From Clostridia bacterium (GTDB lineage: Bacteria > Bacillota > Clostridia > Oscillospirales > QAKW01): a stretch of DNA of 64,000 nucleotides. Both the position numbers and the translations under genes were made by a program. Numbering within the stretch: the stretch's first letter is position 1; each line of letters starts with the position of its first letter. The notes under the pieces were generated by a model, which made no database searches, was not told where the DNA came from, and saw only the letters and a list, made by a program, of their open reading frames with translations. This document shows positions 11,101 to 20,254 of the stretch, one piece after another. The stretch covers positions 29,623 through 93,622 of the forward strand of contig JAFTZM010000008.1 in NCBI GenBank assembly GCA_017464525.1. The letters run 5' to 3'.

Positions 11101-14100
11101 TCGCTGCCTTTATCGGCGAGACCAGCGGTGCTTCCTACTTCTATAATCTTTATAATAAGGCCACCATCGAAGGAGGGGATGCTTATGTAAGCGCCTCCGG
11201 TATTGCACGTATGACCGGCGCCAGCGTTGTTGATAACTGCTACAACGTGGGTGATATTATCTCTAAGCCCTCTGCCGGCGGTTATGCCGGCGGTATCTCC
11301 GGTTATTCCCGTGCGGATGCCATGGTCTGGAATTCCTTCTCTGCACCCAAGAATATGGTATCCAAAATCTCCGGTGCCCTGCGTTATAACGGCAGTAATA
11401 AGGAGAACCTTTTTGGCAATACTTACAGTGCCGGTTATGCCCTGGACGGCCAGAACACTCATGCCACCGAGGCGCAGTATGAGTTGAACTACTCCGATTA
11501 TGAAAGCGGTAAGCTGGCATGGTTGCTGAACTCCAACTATATCAGCGGCAAGGGCGGGACTCGTGTTTACTACACCAACGATCCTGCTGCCAAGACCGTT
11601 TCCTTCGGTACCGAGGCTACCCAGACCCGTCAGATCACGCTGGTTACTGCAAATGAGGAGTATTACTACCTTTATGCTCCCCAGGGATCTACCGTTACTC
11701 TGCGGTTCCCCGCTACCGGCAATATCTCCTATTCTTTTACCGGTGAGATCGGCTCTTTGGATGGCGATCAGTTTACGGTTGGCGCCGGCGATGCAACTAT
11801 TGCTATTGTTTACGACGGTGTTTCCACCGCTGCATTGGAGAATGCTATTGCTCATTTTGATCGCTTTAACACCGATTATTATGAGACTTCCGACGGCAGA
11901 ACTCTGACCGCTGTGATTGCAGAAGCCAACGCCAAGCTGGGTGAAGGTACGATCACCGCCGAGGAGATCACCGCTTATGTGGGCCTGCTGACTTCCGGCG
12001 TTGAGCTGGTATCTCAGGTTACCGTTGAAGATATCAAATATCGGAATGTAGGTCATAACGGATATTTGATCCAGGATTATAATGCTTATGTAGGTGCTAC
12101 TGTTGCTGTTTACAGCATTGAAGATCTGCAGGCTGTTCAGGATCATTATCAGTTCTACACCGCAGATATGACCGTTGCCCTTAAGGCCAACCTCAATATG
12201 ACTGCGGATGACATGGTTAATAACCTGTTTATTACAGCATCGATCGATGGTGAGGGCCATACCATCAGCGGCCTGAATCTGACCAGCGCTTGGCTTGGCA
12301 ACGGTCAGGCTAACATGAAGGCCATTCGGAATGTGACCTTCGATCAGATCGCCTTCAAGACCTCTGCCTGGAACGCAGGCTCCCTCTGGGGTCAGATCAC
12401 CTGCAACGATCTGCTGATCGAGAACGTGAAGTTTACCAACAGTACCTTTACCAAGAATAACGGCGCCAACGGCTTTGGCGGTATTATCGGCCAGATCCCC
12501 AACAATAAGAAGGTTACCTTCAAGAACGTGGTGATGTCCGGCAACACCCTGAACCGTGATTGCTCCGGCCAGGGCAACGACGGCCTGCTGGTCGGCCCCA
12601 ATGTAGGTACTCTTGTTATCGACGGCATGGAGATCTACGACAACGTGATCGCCGGTACCAGCGCCAAGTGGGGCGACGGTATCATCTGCGCCGAGATGAC
12701 CAAACCCAACAATATTATTAAGAACCTGCTGATCACCCGCAATACCCTGACTGGCAGTGCACCTCAGGGCATGATCGCCGGCGTTTATAAGGATAGCGTT
12801 ACCCTGACCATGGATAATGTGGTCATCGCCGATAATACTGGCTTTGATAATATTCCCTGGTTCGGCGTTGTCGGTAGCCCTGCTACTCCCGTTTCCACCA
12901 ACCTGCTGACCGATGCACCCAAGGTTCTGAGCAACGGTGCCGCTAATACCGTTACCACCGCCCAGATCCTCAGCGGCGAAAAGCTCTACGAGCTGAACAA
13001 CGCCGGTGTGGCTAAGACCTGGGTCATCAACGATGAAGGTATTGCTTCCGGTACCGAGGGTCTGCCTGTTAAGGTTACCTTCGTAGCCGAGGATGAGAAG
13101 GAAGTTACCACCGATGTAAACACTGCCCTTTACACCGATGTAAACGGCAACCTCATCGGCCTCACCGAGGATCTGCTGAATGCAGCCATCTGGGAGGACG
13201 AGGATGCTCTGGCAACCAAGTCCTTCACCGAAGATACCACCGTGACCGGTACCTTCCCCACCTGGTTCACCGCCGGCAATGCCGAAGGTCTGAACGGTGC
13301 TGAGGTGACTGTGCCTGTTACTCTGAACAATAACCCCGGCTTTATCGGCGCTGAGATCAGCGTGACCTATGATCCCAATGCCATGGCGCTCACCGCTGTG
13401 GAGAAGGGCGATCAGGATGCTCTGATCGTTCCCGGCACCCCCGTTGTGGGCGAGGACGGCAAAGCAACTGTTGAAATTGCTCTGATTCCTGCCGACGGTG
13501 ATAATCCTGTTGAGGTTACTGCCGACTGTGTGATCGCCAACCTGAAATTCACCCTGAACAATACTGTGAAGGGCGGCGACTATACTGTTGAGATCGCTGC
13601 GGTCGAAGTTGTTGATGCAGAGAACAATGCTCTGACCATCGAGAACGGTACCGCTACCGTTACCGTGAAGTGTGACTTCAAGCCCGTGATCTCCGATAAG
13701 AACGCCAAGCCTGAGGATGCTACGCACTATACCGCGTGCGTCTGCGGCGAGACTACTGACCCCGTGAAGTGCTCCGAGGGCGAGGGCTGGTCTTATGAGA
13801 GAGTTGAGCCCACCGTTCTGGAGACCGGTTCCATCACCGCTTCCTGCGCTATCTGCGGATATTCCTATTCTGAGGTTCTGCCTGCTCTGACCGGCTTTAT
13901 CATTGGCGAAGTCAGCGGCAACAAGGGCGATTCCGTGAAGGTTCCCGTAACCATCAAGAATAACCCCGGCTATGTGGGCGCTCAGTTTACTGTGACCTAT
14001 GATCCCAACGCCCTCACCCTGACTGGTGTTGAAAAGGGCGAGGCTGAGATCTTTGCCGAGCTGGGCGATCCCGTTGTGGGCGAGGACGGCATGGCCACCG

Positions 14101-15440
14101 TTAACGTTGCTGTGATTCCTGTGGATGATGCCGGCGCTCCCGCTGAGATCACCACCGATATCGTTATCGCAAACCTGGTATTCACCGTTAATAACTGCGG
14201 CGCCGCTGCCGATCATGCCATCACCGTGGATGCTACCGACGTGGTTGCTGATGGTAATGTGAAGATCGATGTAGTTTCCGGCACCGGTAAGGTGACCGCT
14301 CTGGGCCATCAGCTGGAAAAGAATGAGGCGAAGGATCCCACCTGCACCGAGACCGGTAACAACGAGTACTACACCTGCTCCGTCTGCGGTAAGGTCTATA
14401 AGGACGCCGAAGGCAAGACCGAGACTACTGTTGAGGCCGAGACCATCGGTTCCAAGGGTCATGAGATGACCAAGACCGAAGCGAAGGAGCCTACCTGCAC
14501 CGAGGCCGGTAACAACGAGTACTACACCTGCGGTACCTGCGGTAAGGTCTATAAGGATGCCGAAGGCAAAACCGAGACTACCGTTGAGGCTGAGACCCTT
14601 GCTGCCAGTGGCCACGAGATGACCAAGACCGAGGCGAAGGAGCCCACGTGCACCGAGGCGGGTAACAACGAGTATTACACCTGCGGTACCTGCGGTAAGG
14701 TCTATAAGGATGCCGAAGGCAAGACCGAGACTACTGTTGAGGCCGAGACTCTTGATGCCAATGGCCACGAGATGACCAAGACTGAGGCGAAGGAGCCCAC
14801 CTGCACCGAGGACGGTAACAACGAGTATTACACCTGCGGTACCTGCGGTAAGGTCTATAAGGATGCCGAAGGCAAGACCGAGACTACTGTTGAGGCCGAG
14901 ACTCTTGCAGCCAATGGTCACGAGATGACCAAGACCGAGGCCAAGGAGGCTACCTGCACCGAGGACGGTAACAATGAGTACTACACCTGCGGTACCTGCG
15001 GTAAGGTCTATAAGGATGCCGAAGGCAAGACCGAAACTACTGTTGAGGCCGAGACCATCGCTTCCGACGGTCATGAAATGACTCAGATTCCTGCCAAGGC
15101 TCCTACTCTTGAAGCAGAGGGTAACAATGAGTACTACTACTGCGAGATCTGCGGCAAGTACTTCAAGGATGCCGAAGGCACCATCGAGACCACTGTTGAG
15201 GCTGAGATCCTGCCCAAGCTGGACTACATTGTGGGCGATGTCAACAACGACGGCCGTGTCTCTATCGCCGATGCTGTTATGGCAATGCGTGTTGCTGCCG
15301 GTGATACCACCGTGCCCGAGACCATCAACCTGCTGGCTGCAGACGTTTCCGACGAGGGTGATACCGAGGATATGCAGATCAACACCGCTGACGTGGTGAA
15401 GATCATGCAGTATCTGGTTGGTACTCTTGAGGAACTGTAA
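8151..15440 (+). CDS. Giant secreted protein C (2429 aa): signal peptide, 4 GLUG-like modules, 2 cohesin-like domains, six 51-aa Cys repeats, dockerin
   Basis: RBS AGGAGG; N-terminal two-thirds colinear with protein B; cohesins 'GAEVTVPVTLNNNPGFIG' and 'GDSVKVPVTIKNNPGYVG'; dockerin 'GDVNNDGRVSIADAVMAMR'. Confidence 0.9.
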   Translation: MATRKTKLMSGFVALLMLVSMLAMFVIPASAAEVAGGIVAEKGLHDATSYPDITAYADGTTVYSIKDRAGMEKLANLVNNGTYLSGVTIYQIADIDMQNIPFEGIGYGDTARYFSGTFDGNGFTIDNLYVYRGSNSYRQSVALFGSAKSATFKNIGISGGLIVGSQWTGSLVGRGQYCKIINCWNAATVVGTSAQGTAGIAATNISGSSCNVNTYNVGLVYSDSSKASGIVGWINNANDKVVSCYNAGEIVSGITAYAQNAEGQTVAPVVCQALNQERGTANANNYYIKGRGFDQSSYELIQSGATTIPGTETALNGTHDAAIGLEATALTDGSLAEKLNAGFASEGNIDGYTIAFEQVEGVGYPVLTYRKDGEIVAQRYAKDNTNVNGAQTWKDNSPLFASFHAMQDGAGLEAGLPTSLTISDPDDLFLLGILTYARDLKKTFNLTEIKLGADIDLAQKVINPNIKYGVPLANSDASDTNNGLDYRFCITFDGQNHVIKNWASYGEKFSSHSVAGFISVTNTGAVIKNVGFIDALSEYHYSWGGDTTGYIYPSLVVERAYGVTTIENVFATGQIVTDGIVNSNNNSGVFSTTWADNVTIKNCWSNVTAVENGAAARTVRTIGKLPTKIGDVTGNHYDGDVVNVYNFNTSTPMAGSDNNANTYEKTVGTDHAYGSLEAAYWLSNDGGMTQLYKVVDGDIVFATEADAARKVTVEKRFPDGTVAETIDEYYHPGDTVTIGEIANYTFDETTIPEGGTAESFTMPTEDVVLGYIIADADYTVAEGILAEYENYDPALFVEEEAVAKIIADAKAIVALKEQEQTSAVIEAAIDQTGDLAALKNETALTLKNTYPNYPKLSEREIYADLHDGKNWAISSREDWVEVTTMFNVEKNGLSGITLHLTNNVDMKNEAVAPAGTSNSVPFKGTLDGHGYYFENLLIELETDGTNRWIGLFGFSNGGATIKNLGIESGTIRVAKSGTTNETMIAAFIGETSGASYFYNLYNKATIEGGDAYVSASGIARMTGASVVDNCYNVGDIISKPSAGGYAGGISGYSRADAMVWNSFSAPKNMVSKISGALRYNGSNKENLFGNTYSAGYALDGQNTHATEAQYELNYSDYESGKLAWLLNSNYISGKGGTRVYYTNDPAAKTVSFGTEATQTRQITLVTANEEYYYLYAPQGSTVTLRFPATGNISYSFTGEIGSLDGDQFTVGAGDATIAIVYDGVSTAALENAIAHFDRFNTDYYETSDGRTLTAVIAEANAKLGEGTITAEEITAYVGLLTSGVELVSQVTVEDIKYRNVGHNGYLIQDYNAYVGATVAVYSIEDLQAVQDHYQFYTADMTVALKANLNMTADDMVNNLFITASIDGEGHTISGLNLTSAWLGNGQANMKAIRNVTFDQIAFKTSAWNAGSLWGQITCNDLLIENVKFTNSTFTKNNGANGFGGIIGQIPNNKKVTFKNVVMSGNTLNRDCSGQGNDGLLVGPNVGTLVIDGMEIYDNVIAGTSAKWGDGIICAEMTKPNNIIKNLLITRNTLTGSAPQGMIAGVYKDSVTLTMDNVVIADNTGFDNIPWFGVVGSPATPVSTNLLTDAPKVLSNGAANTVTTAQILSGEKLYELNNAGVAKTWVINDEGIASGTEGLPVKVTFVAEDEKEVTTDVNTALYTDVNGNLIGLTEDLLNAAIWEDEDALATKSFTEDTTVTGTFPTWFTAGNAEGLNGAEVTVPVTLNNNPGFIGAEISVTYDPNAMALTAVEKGDQDALIVPGTPVVGEDGKATVEIALIPADGDNPVEVTADCVIANLKFTLNNTVKGGDYTVEIAAVEVVDAENNALTIENGTATVTVKCDFKPVISDKNAKPEDATHYTACVCGETTDPVKCSEGEGWSYERVEPTVLETGSITASCAICGYSYSEVLPALTGFIIGEVSGNKGDSVKVPVTIKNNPGYVGAQFTVTYDPNALTLTGVEKGEAEIFAELGDPVVGEDGMATVNVAVIPVDDAGAPAEITTDIVIANLVFTVNNCGAAADHAITVDATDVVADGNVKIDVVSGTGKVTALGHQLEKNEAKDPTCTETGNNEYYTCSVCGKVYKDAEGKTETTVEAETIGSKGHEMTKTEAKEPTCTEAGNNEYYTCGTCGKVYKDAEGKTETTVEAETLAASGHEMTKTEAKEPTCTEAGNNEYYTCGTCGKVYKDAEGKTETTVEAETLDANGHEMTKTEAKEPTCTEDGNNEYYTCGTCGKVYKDAEGKTETTVEAETLAANGHEMTKTEAKEATCTEDGNNEYYTCGTCGKVYKDAEGKTETTVEAETIASDGHEMTQIPAKAPTLEAEGNNEYYYCEICGKYFKDAEGTIETTVEAEILPKLDYIVGDVNNDGRVSIADAVMAMRVAAGDTTVPETINLLAADVSDEGDTEDMQINTADVVKIMQYLVGTLEEL
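14304..15221 (+). repeat. Intragenic tandem repeat, 6 x 153 bp (GHEMTKTEAKEPTCTExGNNEYYTCGTCGKVYKDAEGKTETTVEAET)
   Basis: Units start at 14304, 14457, 14610, 14763, 14916 and 15069; the inner copies are nearly identical. Confidence 0.95.
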
Positions 15441-15450
15441 ACTATAATTT

Positions 15451-15484
15451 AAAACAGCGCAAGCTTCGGCTTGCGCTGTTTTTT
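15451..15484 (+). terminator. Rho-independent terminator
   Basis: AAAACAGCGCAAGC-TTCG-GCTTGCGCTGTTTTTT. Confidence 0.9.
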
Positions 15485-15489
15485 GATGA

Positions 15490-15556
15490 AATGTCACAAA
15501 ATGTTTGAAAAAAGCAACATAAAATAGTGTAAACCCTTTTCATAATATGTTACAAT
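15490..15556 (+). promoter_or_regulatory. Promoter with conserved operator-like motif (copy 3)
   Basis: AATGTCACAAAATGTTT, GCAACATAAAATAGTGT at 15514, TGtTACAAT with hexamer at 15551. Confidence 0.75.
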
Positions 15557-15608
15557 ATACTCATAAAACTGGGGCATTGCCCTAATATAATTTTAGGAGG
15601 AAACTTCT

Positions 15609-18600
15609 ATGGTCACAAGAAAAACACGGCTGACCTCTGCTCTGCTTTCCGTTCTGATGGTTCTCACGATGCTGGCAGGCTTCGTGGTTCCCATGAGCGC
15701 AGAGTCCAGCTACCCCTCTGTAACAACCGTTACAGCTGAAGTCACCGGCACTGATTACTCTATTGCTAACGCAAGTGACTGGATGTACGTCTTTAATAAC
15801 CTTGCTTGGTTTAATAAAGACGGTGTCACCCTGCACCTTTCCGGCAATGTGGATTTTAAAGGTGCTGCCACCTTTACTGGATTTGTTAATCCCATGTTCT
15901 CTTTTGATGGGCATGGTTATACCATCTCCAACTGGGGTACCGAAGCCGCTCCCGTTACCACTCCCGGTATGTTTGCCCCCGATTACGGCTATGCTTCCAG
16001 TGTGGATTTCATTAAGAACGTAACGCTGGAGAACTGCTATGCAAAGGCTTCCAGAAACAGTTGCATTGCTTTGATCTACTCTGCCGGTCACTCCAACGGC
16101 GGAGCCAACCTTCCCGAGACCTTTACCATGGAGAATGTTCACGTTAAGGATAGCTCCTTCACTGCCGCAGGCGGCCAAGTGCACGGCATCCTTTTGGCTC
16201 GTTATGCCAACAGCACCGAGTCCACTGTCGTGAACATTACCAACTGCTCCATCGTTGGTACTACCTTTGATGTGACTGCCGCCGATGAGCATAACGGCTT
16301 GGTTGTAGGTAAGCCCCGCGGCAACAATACCGCAGATACTACCGGTGTATACAACATCACCGACCTTAAATTGGTTCGGAATACCATCATCGGCGCAAAT
16401 CAGGGCACTGGCCTGATCTTTGGTACCGTTGAGGACAGCAAGACTACCGTCAACCTGAAGAACGCCATCGCGATCGATAACACGATGAACGTGAAGGAAG
16501 GCGTGGGTGTCGGTGTTGTCGGCGCCAGCGTAGAAGGCAAACTGAACATTCAGGATTCCATCTTCCAGAACTCCGGTGCTGTCGGAACTAACATTGGCGT
16601 TCACCTGCTGGGCAACGGTTACGGCAGTACCCCCCAGTTGACCGGTCTTTCCAACGTTTATCTTTCCAATGATATAACCCTTGTAGAGGGTAAGACTACC
16701 GATCTTGCCGCAGTTACCGATTCCGCAAAGCTGCTTGAGGCTGCTTATAAGGCCAATCAGGGCGGCTACACCAACAAGTGGACCATTACAAATGGGCTCG
16801 TTGATGCTGACGGCGAGGGCGTTCTGCCTGTAAAAGCTACCATTAAGTGCGATAGCGGTTCCGATGAGGTTCTGTATGGAGTGCAGTATGGAACGCTTAC
16901 CCTGAACTATGGCGGCACCCCCGAGAATATCGCGGGTTACAGCATTGTGGCTCCTGCTAACGGTGCTACTGTAAGCGGTTCTACCTTGACCCTTGGCTCT
17001 TCTGATATCGTTATTACCGCAAGCCTGATGGGTCTCAATTATGCAGATCTGGACGAAGCTGTTGCGGCTTTCGAAGGTAAGAATACTGCTTATTATGCTT
17101 CTTCTACCTATGAGCAGTCTCTGGCCGATCTGCTGGCCGAGATCGCTGCCAAGCGTGAGGGCGAGACCTTCGCCGATCAGGACGAAGTCAGCTCCTATAT
17201 CGTTAAGTTGAAGACCTATGCCCTTGACGTTTATCCCAATCTTCCCCTCGCTTCCGAGGTCGATCAGTATGCAGATGCTAATGATTATCTGGTCAACTCC
17301 CTCGGCGAGCTGGAGTATGTAGCCAAGAATCCCACAAAGTATGCTGCTGCCGATACCATCCATCTGGGTGCTGAGATCACCGTTACCGCCGGCTCTGCCG
17401 CCAACCGTCTGGGCAACTTCTCCGCGAAGATCGACGGCCACGGCTACGCCATCAAGGGCGTTACCTTCGATGGCAACAACGTTAATCTCTCCTCTTGGAT
17501 CGATACCTATACCGGTTCCTATATCGGCAATCTGGTCGTCGACGGTTGGACCCTGACCAATATGGGCTGGAAGGGTGGTCTGCTGATCGGCTATGCCACC
17601 GGTGCTTCTTCCTTGACCGTCGAGAATATCACCGTTAAGAACTGCGCCATGGATAAGGCTTCCAACTACGGTTCCTTCACCATCGCAGACTGCGACACCG
17701 CTTCTCTGACCCTGAAGAACATCAACATCATTGATAACACCTTTACCCGTGGTACCGGTACCGGCAACAGCGGTCTGCTGCTGGGTCGTTACAATAAGGG
17801 TGCCGGTACTCTCGATGTAGATGATATCTATATCTCCGGCAACACCGTGAATGGTGTAGTTATTAAAAATGGCATCTACAGCTCCGGTGCCGGTCTGGTT
17901 ATCGGCGAGGTGACTGCCGCCAAAACTACCGTGAACAACGTGATCACTGTTAACACCACCATTGGGGAAGGGCACGAAGTAAACGGTCTGCTCTTTGGCC
18001 GTGTGAAGGGTGCTTCTCCCGTTGTAGATAATGTGGTGATCGAGGCTGGCGCTTGGGCGGCGCTGCCTGTTGCCCGTCTGCAGAAGACCGACAATGTGCA
18101 CGATGCCAATAATGCGGCTACTGTTACCGTTACCAATTTGTATACCGATGCTACCAATCTGACCACCGGCGACCTGACCGCCGCCAACACCCCTGTCGCT
18201 GCCGCCGAGATCCATAACGGTGCCGTTGCATTCGCTCTGAATGCCGCCGGTGTGGAGAAGACTTATGTGATCACCGAGGATGGCATCGCATTCGGTGCCG
18301 AGGGCAAGCCCGTTCAGGTGATTCTGGTTGCCGGCGAGCAGACTATCGCTACGCTGTATACCGATGTTAACGGCAAGCTGATCGGTCTCACCGATGAAAT
18401 GATCAATGCCGCTAACTGGGGCGTTGACCTCACCACCGCAGTTTACAACGAAAACACCACCGTTACCGGTGTTCTGGTTCCCGAGTTCGTTGTTGGCGAT
18501 GTTGCCGGCAAGAACGGCGATACTCTGGACGTTTCCGTTTCTATTAAGAATAATCCCGGCTTTGTGGGCGCAGAGATCAAGGTGTCCTACGATGCCACCG

Positions 18601-20060
18601 CTCTGCAGCTGGCTGGCCTTGCCAAGGGCGACGTGGATGTTCTGCCTGTAGTCGGCAATCCTGTTGTTGCGGATGGCGTGGCTACCGTTGAGATCGCTCT
18701 GATTGCTCTGGACGGTAATATGCCCACCGATATCACCACCGACGGTGTGATTGGCTACCTGCAGTTCAAGATCCTTGATGCCGCCAAGCCCGGCAATTAC
18801 GATGTGACCGTCGAGTCCATCGAGATCGTTAATAAGGCCGAGAAAGTAATCGACGTGAAGACTGCCGCCGGCACCGTTACCGTTGAGTGTAACTTCCAGC
18901 TGGTTGCTCCTTCCAATGATACCGCTCCCGAAGAGGCTGCTCATTATTATGCTTGCACCTGTGGTGAGGTTCAGACTTCCGAGAAGTGCTCCGAGACCGA
19001 GGGCTGGCAGTATGAAAAGATCGATTCTACCTGCACCGAGGAAGGCTCTTTGACCGCCTCCTGCGCAGTCTGCGGATATAACCACAGCTCTGTGATCTCC
19101 AAAAAGTCTCATGCGACGAATGTGGTTGAAGCTAAGGAACCCAGCTGCGAAGAGGCTGGTAATAACGAGTATTACCTCTGCGATACCTGCGGTAAGGCCT
19201 TTAAGGATGCCGAAGGCACCCAGGAGACTACTGTGGAGGCCGAGACCCTGCCTGCCACCGACCATGCTTATCCCAGAGGCTGGACCCATGTTGAGGGCAC
19301 CGATACCCACACCAAGGTCTGCGCCAACGGCTGCGGCAAGGATCTGATCGAGAATTGCGGCGGCGAATGGACTGTTGAGGGCGAAGAAAAGGTCAAGACC
19401 TGCCCCGATTGCGGCAATGTTGCAAGAGCACCTCTCGCTCCTCCCACTACCCTGGAGGTCGAGGCTGAGACCGCCACCCCCGGCAAGACCGTTGCGCTGA
19501 AGCTGAGCGTGAAGGATAACGCCGGTCTCTCCGGTGCGAAGATCACCGTGACCTATGATGCCAGCGTGCTGGGCGTTGCTGATATCCAGCTGCCCGAAGG
19601 CGCTCTGGTTGATATCGGCCCTGAGACCCATCTGGGCGCCGGCACCGAGGTTGCTACCAACATCGTATTTGTTCTGCCTGCCGAGATGACTGAGGATGGC
19701 GTATTTGCCACCCTGATCCTGAATGTGGACACCACCGCCGAGATCGGCGAGCACGCCATCAAGATCGATGTGGAGGCCGCCGGCTACGATCTGGCGGAGT
19801 ACACCATGACCTATACCGGCACCGTGACCGTTGAGGAGCCCGCTTACCTGCCCGGCGATATCAACGGTGATGGCAAGGTCTCCATCTCCGATGCTGTTAT
19901 GATGATGCGTGTAGCCGCCGGCGATGCCGAGGTGATCGCAGTTGCCGACCTGGTGGCCGGTAATGTGACCACCGAGGGCGATACTGCCGAGATGGTGATC
20001 AATACCAACGATATCATCCTGGTTCTCCAGTACCTGAACGGTACCGTGAAGGAACTGTAA
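15609..20060 (+). CDS. Giant secreted protein D (1483 aa): signal peptide, 2 beta-helix modules, 2 cohesin-like domains separated by a Cys/His-rich spacer, dockerin
   Basis: RBS AGGAGG; signal MVTRKTRL..VPMSA; cohesins 'GDTLDVSVSIKNNPGFVG' and 'GKTVALKLSVKDNAGLSG'; dockerin 'GDINGDGKVSISDAVMMMR'. Confidence 0.9.
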   Translation: MVTRKTRLTSALLSVLMVLTMLAGFVVPMSAESSYPSVTTVTAEVTGTDYSIANASDWMYVFNNLAWFNKDGVTLHLSGNVDFKGAATFTGFVNPMFSFDGHGYTISNWGTEAAPVTTPGMFAPDYGYASSVDFIKNVTLENCYAKASRNSCIALIYSAGHSNGGANLPETFTMENVHVKDSSFTAAGGQVHGILLARYANSTESTVVNITNCSIVGTTFDVTAADEHNGLVVGKPRGNNTADTTGVYNITDLKLVRNTIIGANQGTGLIFGTVEDSKTTVNLKNAIAIDNTMNVKEGVGVGVVGASVEGKLNIQDSIFQNSGAVGTNIGVHLLGNGYGSTPQLTGLSNVYLSNDITLVEGKTTDLAAVTDSAKLLEAAYKANQGGYTNKWTITNGLVDADGEGVLPVKATIKCDSGSDEVLYGVQYGTLTLNYGGTPENIAGYSIVAPANGATVSGSTLTLGSSDIVITASLMGLNYADLDEAVAAFEGKNTAYYASSTYEQSLADLLAEIAAKREGETFADQDEVSSYIVKLKTYALDVYPNLPLASEVDQYADANDYLVNSLGELEYVAKNPTKYAAADTIHLGAEITVTAGSAANRLGNFSAKIDGHGYAIKGVTFDGNNVNLSSWIDTYTGSYIGNLVVDGWTLTNMGWKGGLLIGYATGASSLTVENITVKNCAMDKASNYGSFTIADCDTASLTLKNINIIDNTFTRGTGTGNSGLLLGRYNKGAGTLDVDDIYISGNTVNGVVIKNGIYSSGAGLVIGEVTAAKTTVNNVITVNTTIGEGHEVNGLLFGRVKGASPVVDNVVIEAGAWAALPVARLQKTDNVHDANNAATVTVTNLYTDATNLTTGDLTAANTPVAAAEIHNGAVAFALNAAGVEKTYVITEDGIAFGAEGKPVQVILVAGEQTIATLYTDVNGKLIGLTDEMINAANWGVDLTTAVYNENTTVTGVLVPEFVVGDVAGKNGDTLDVSVSIKNNPGFVGAEIKVSYDATALQLAGLAKGDVDVLPVVGNPVVADGVATVEIALIALDGNMPTDITTDGVIGYLQFKILDAAKPGNYDVTVESIEIVNKAEKVIDVKTAAGTVTVECNFQLVAPSNDTAPEEAAHYYACTCGEVQTSEKCSETEGWQYEKIDSTCTEEGSLTASCAVCGYNHSSVISKKSHATNVVEAKEPSCEEAGNNEYYLCDTCGKAFKDAEGTQETTVEAETLPATDHAYPRGWTHVEGTDTHTKVCANGCGKDLIENCGGEWTVEGEEKVKTCPDCGNVARAPLAPPTTLEVEAETATPGKTVALKLSVKDNAGLSGAKITVTYDASVLGVADIQLPEGALVDIGPETHLGAGTEVATNIVFVLPAEMTEDGVFATLILNVDTTAEIGEHAIKIDVEAAGYDLAEYTMTYTGTVTVEEPAYLPGDINGDGKVSISDAVMMMRVAAGDAEVIAVADLVAGNVTTEGDTAEMVINTNDIILVLQYLNGTVKEL

Positions 20061-20071
20061 AATCTCAAGTG

Positions 20072-20104
20072 AAAACAGCGCAAGCTTTGGCTTGCGCTGT
20101 TTTT
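20072..20104 (+). terminator. Rho-independent terminator
   Basis: AAAACAGCGCAAGC-TTTG-GCTTGCGCTGTTTTT. Confidence 0.9.
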
Positions 20105-20112
20105 GTTTTATA

Positions 20113-20179
20113 AATGTCACAAAATGTTTGAAAAAAACCACATAAAATAATGTAAAATAATAACATTATATGCTACAAT
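20113..20179 (+). promoter_or_regulatory. Promoter with conserved operator-like motif (copy 4)
   Basis: AATGTCACAAAATGTTT, variant ACCACATAAAATAATGT at 20137, TGcTACAAT with hexamer at 20174; 5'UTR nearly identical to that of gene B. Confidence 0.75.
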
Positions 20180-20254
20180 TATACCATAATACTGGGTCAG
20201 TCCCCAAGAGAGGGGTCTTGGCCCGAAAAATATTTTCTTTAGGAGGAAAATAGT

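Noticed and set aside
14304-15221. Possible CRISPR array
   Set aside because: In-frame 153-bp coding repeats without unique spacers; no cas genes.
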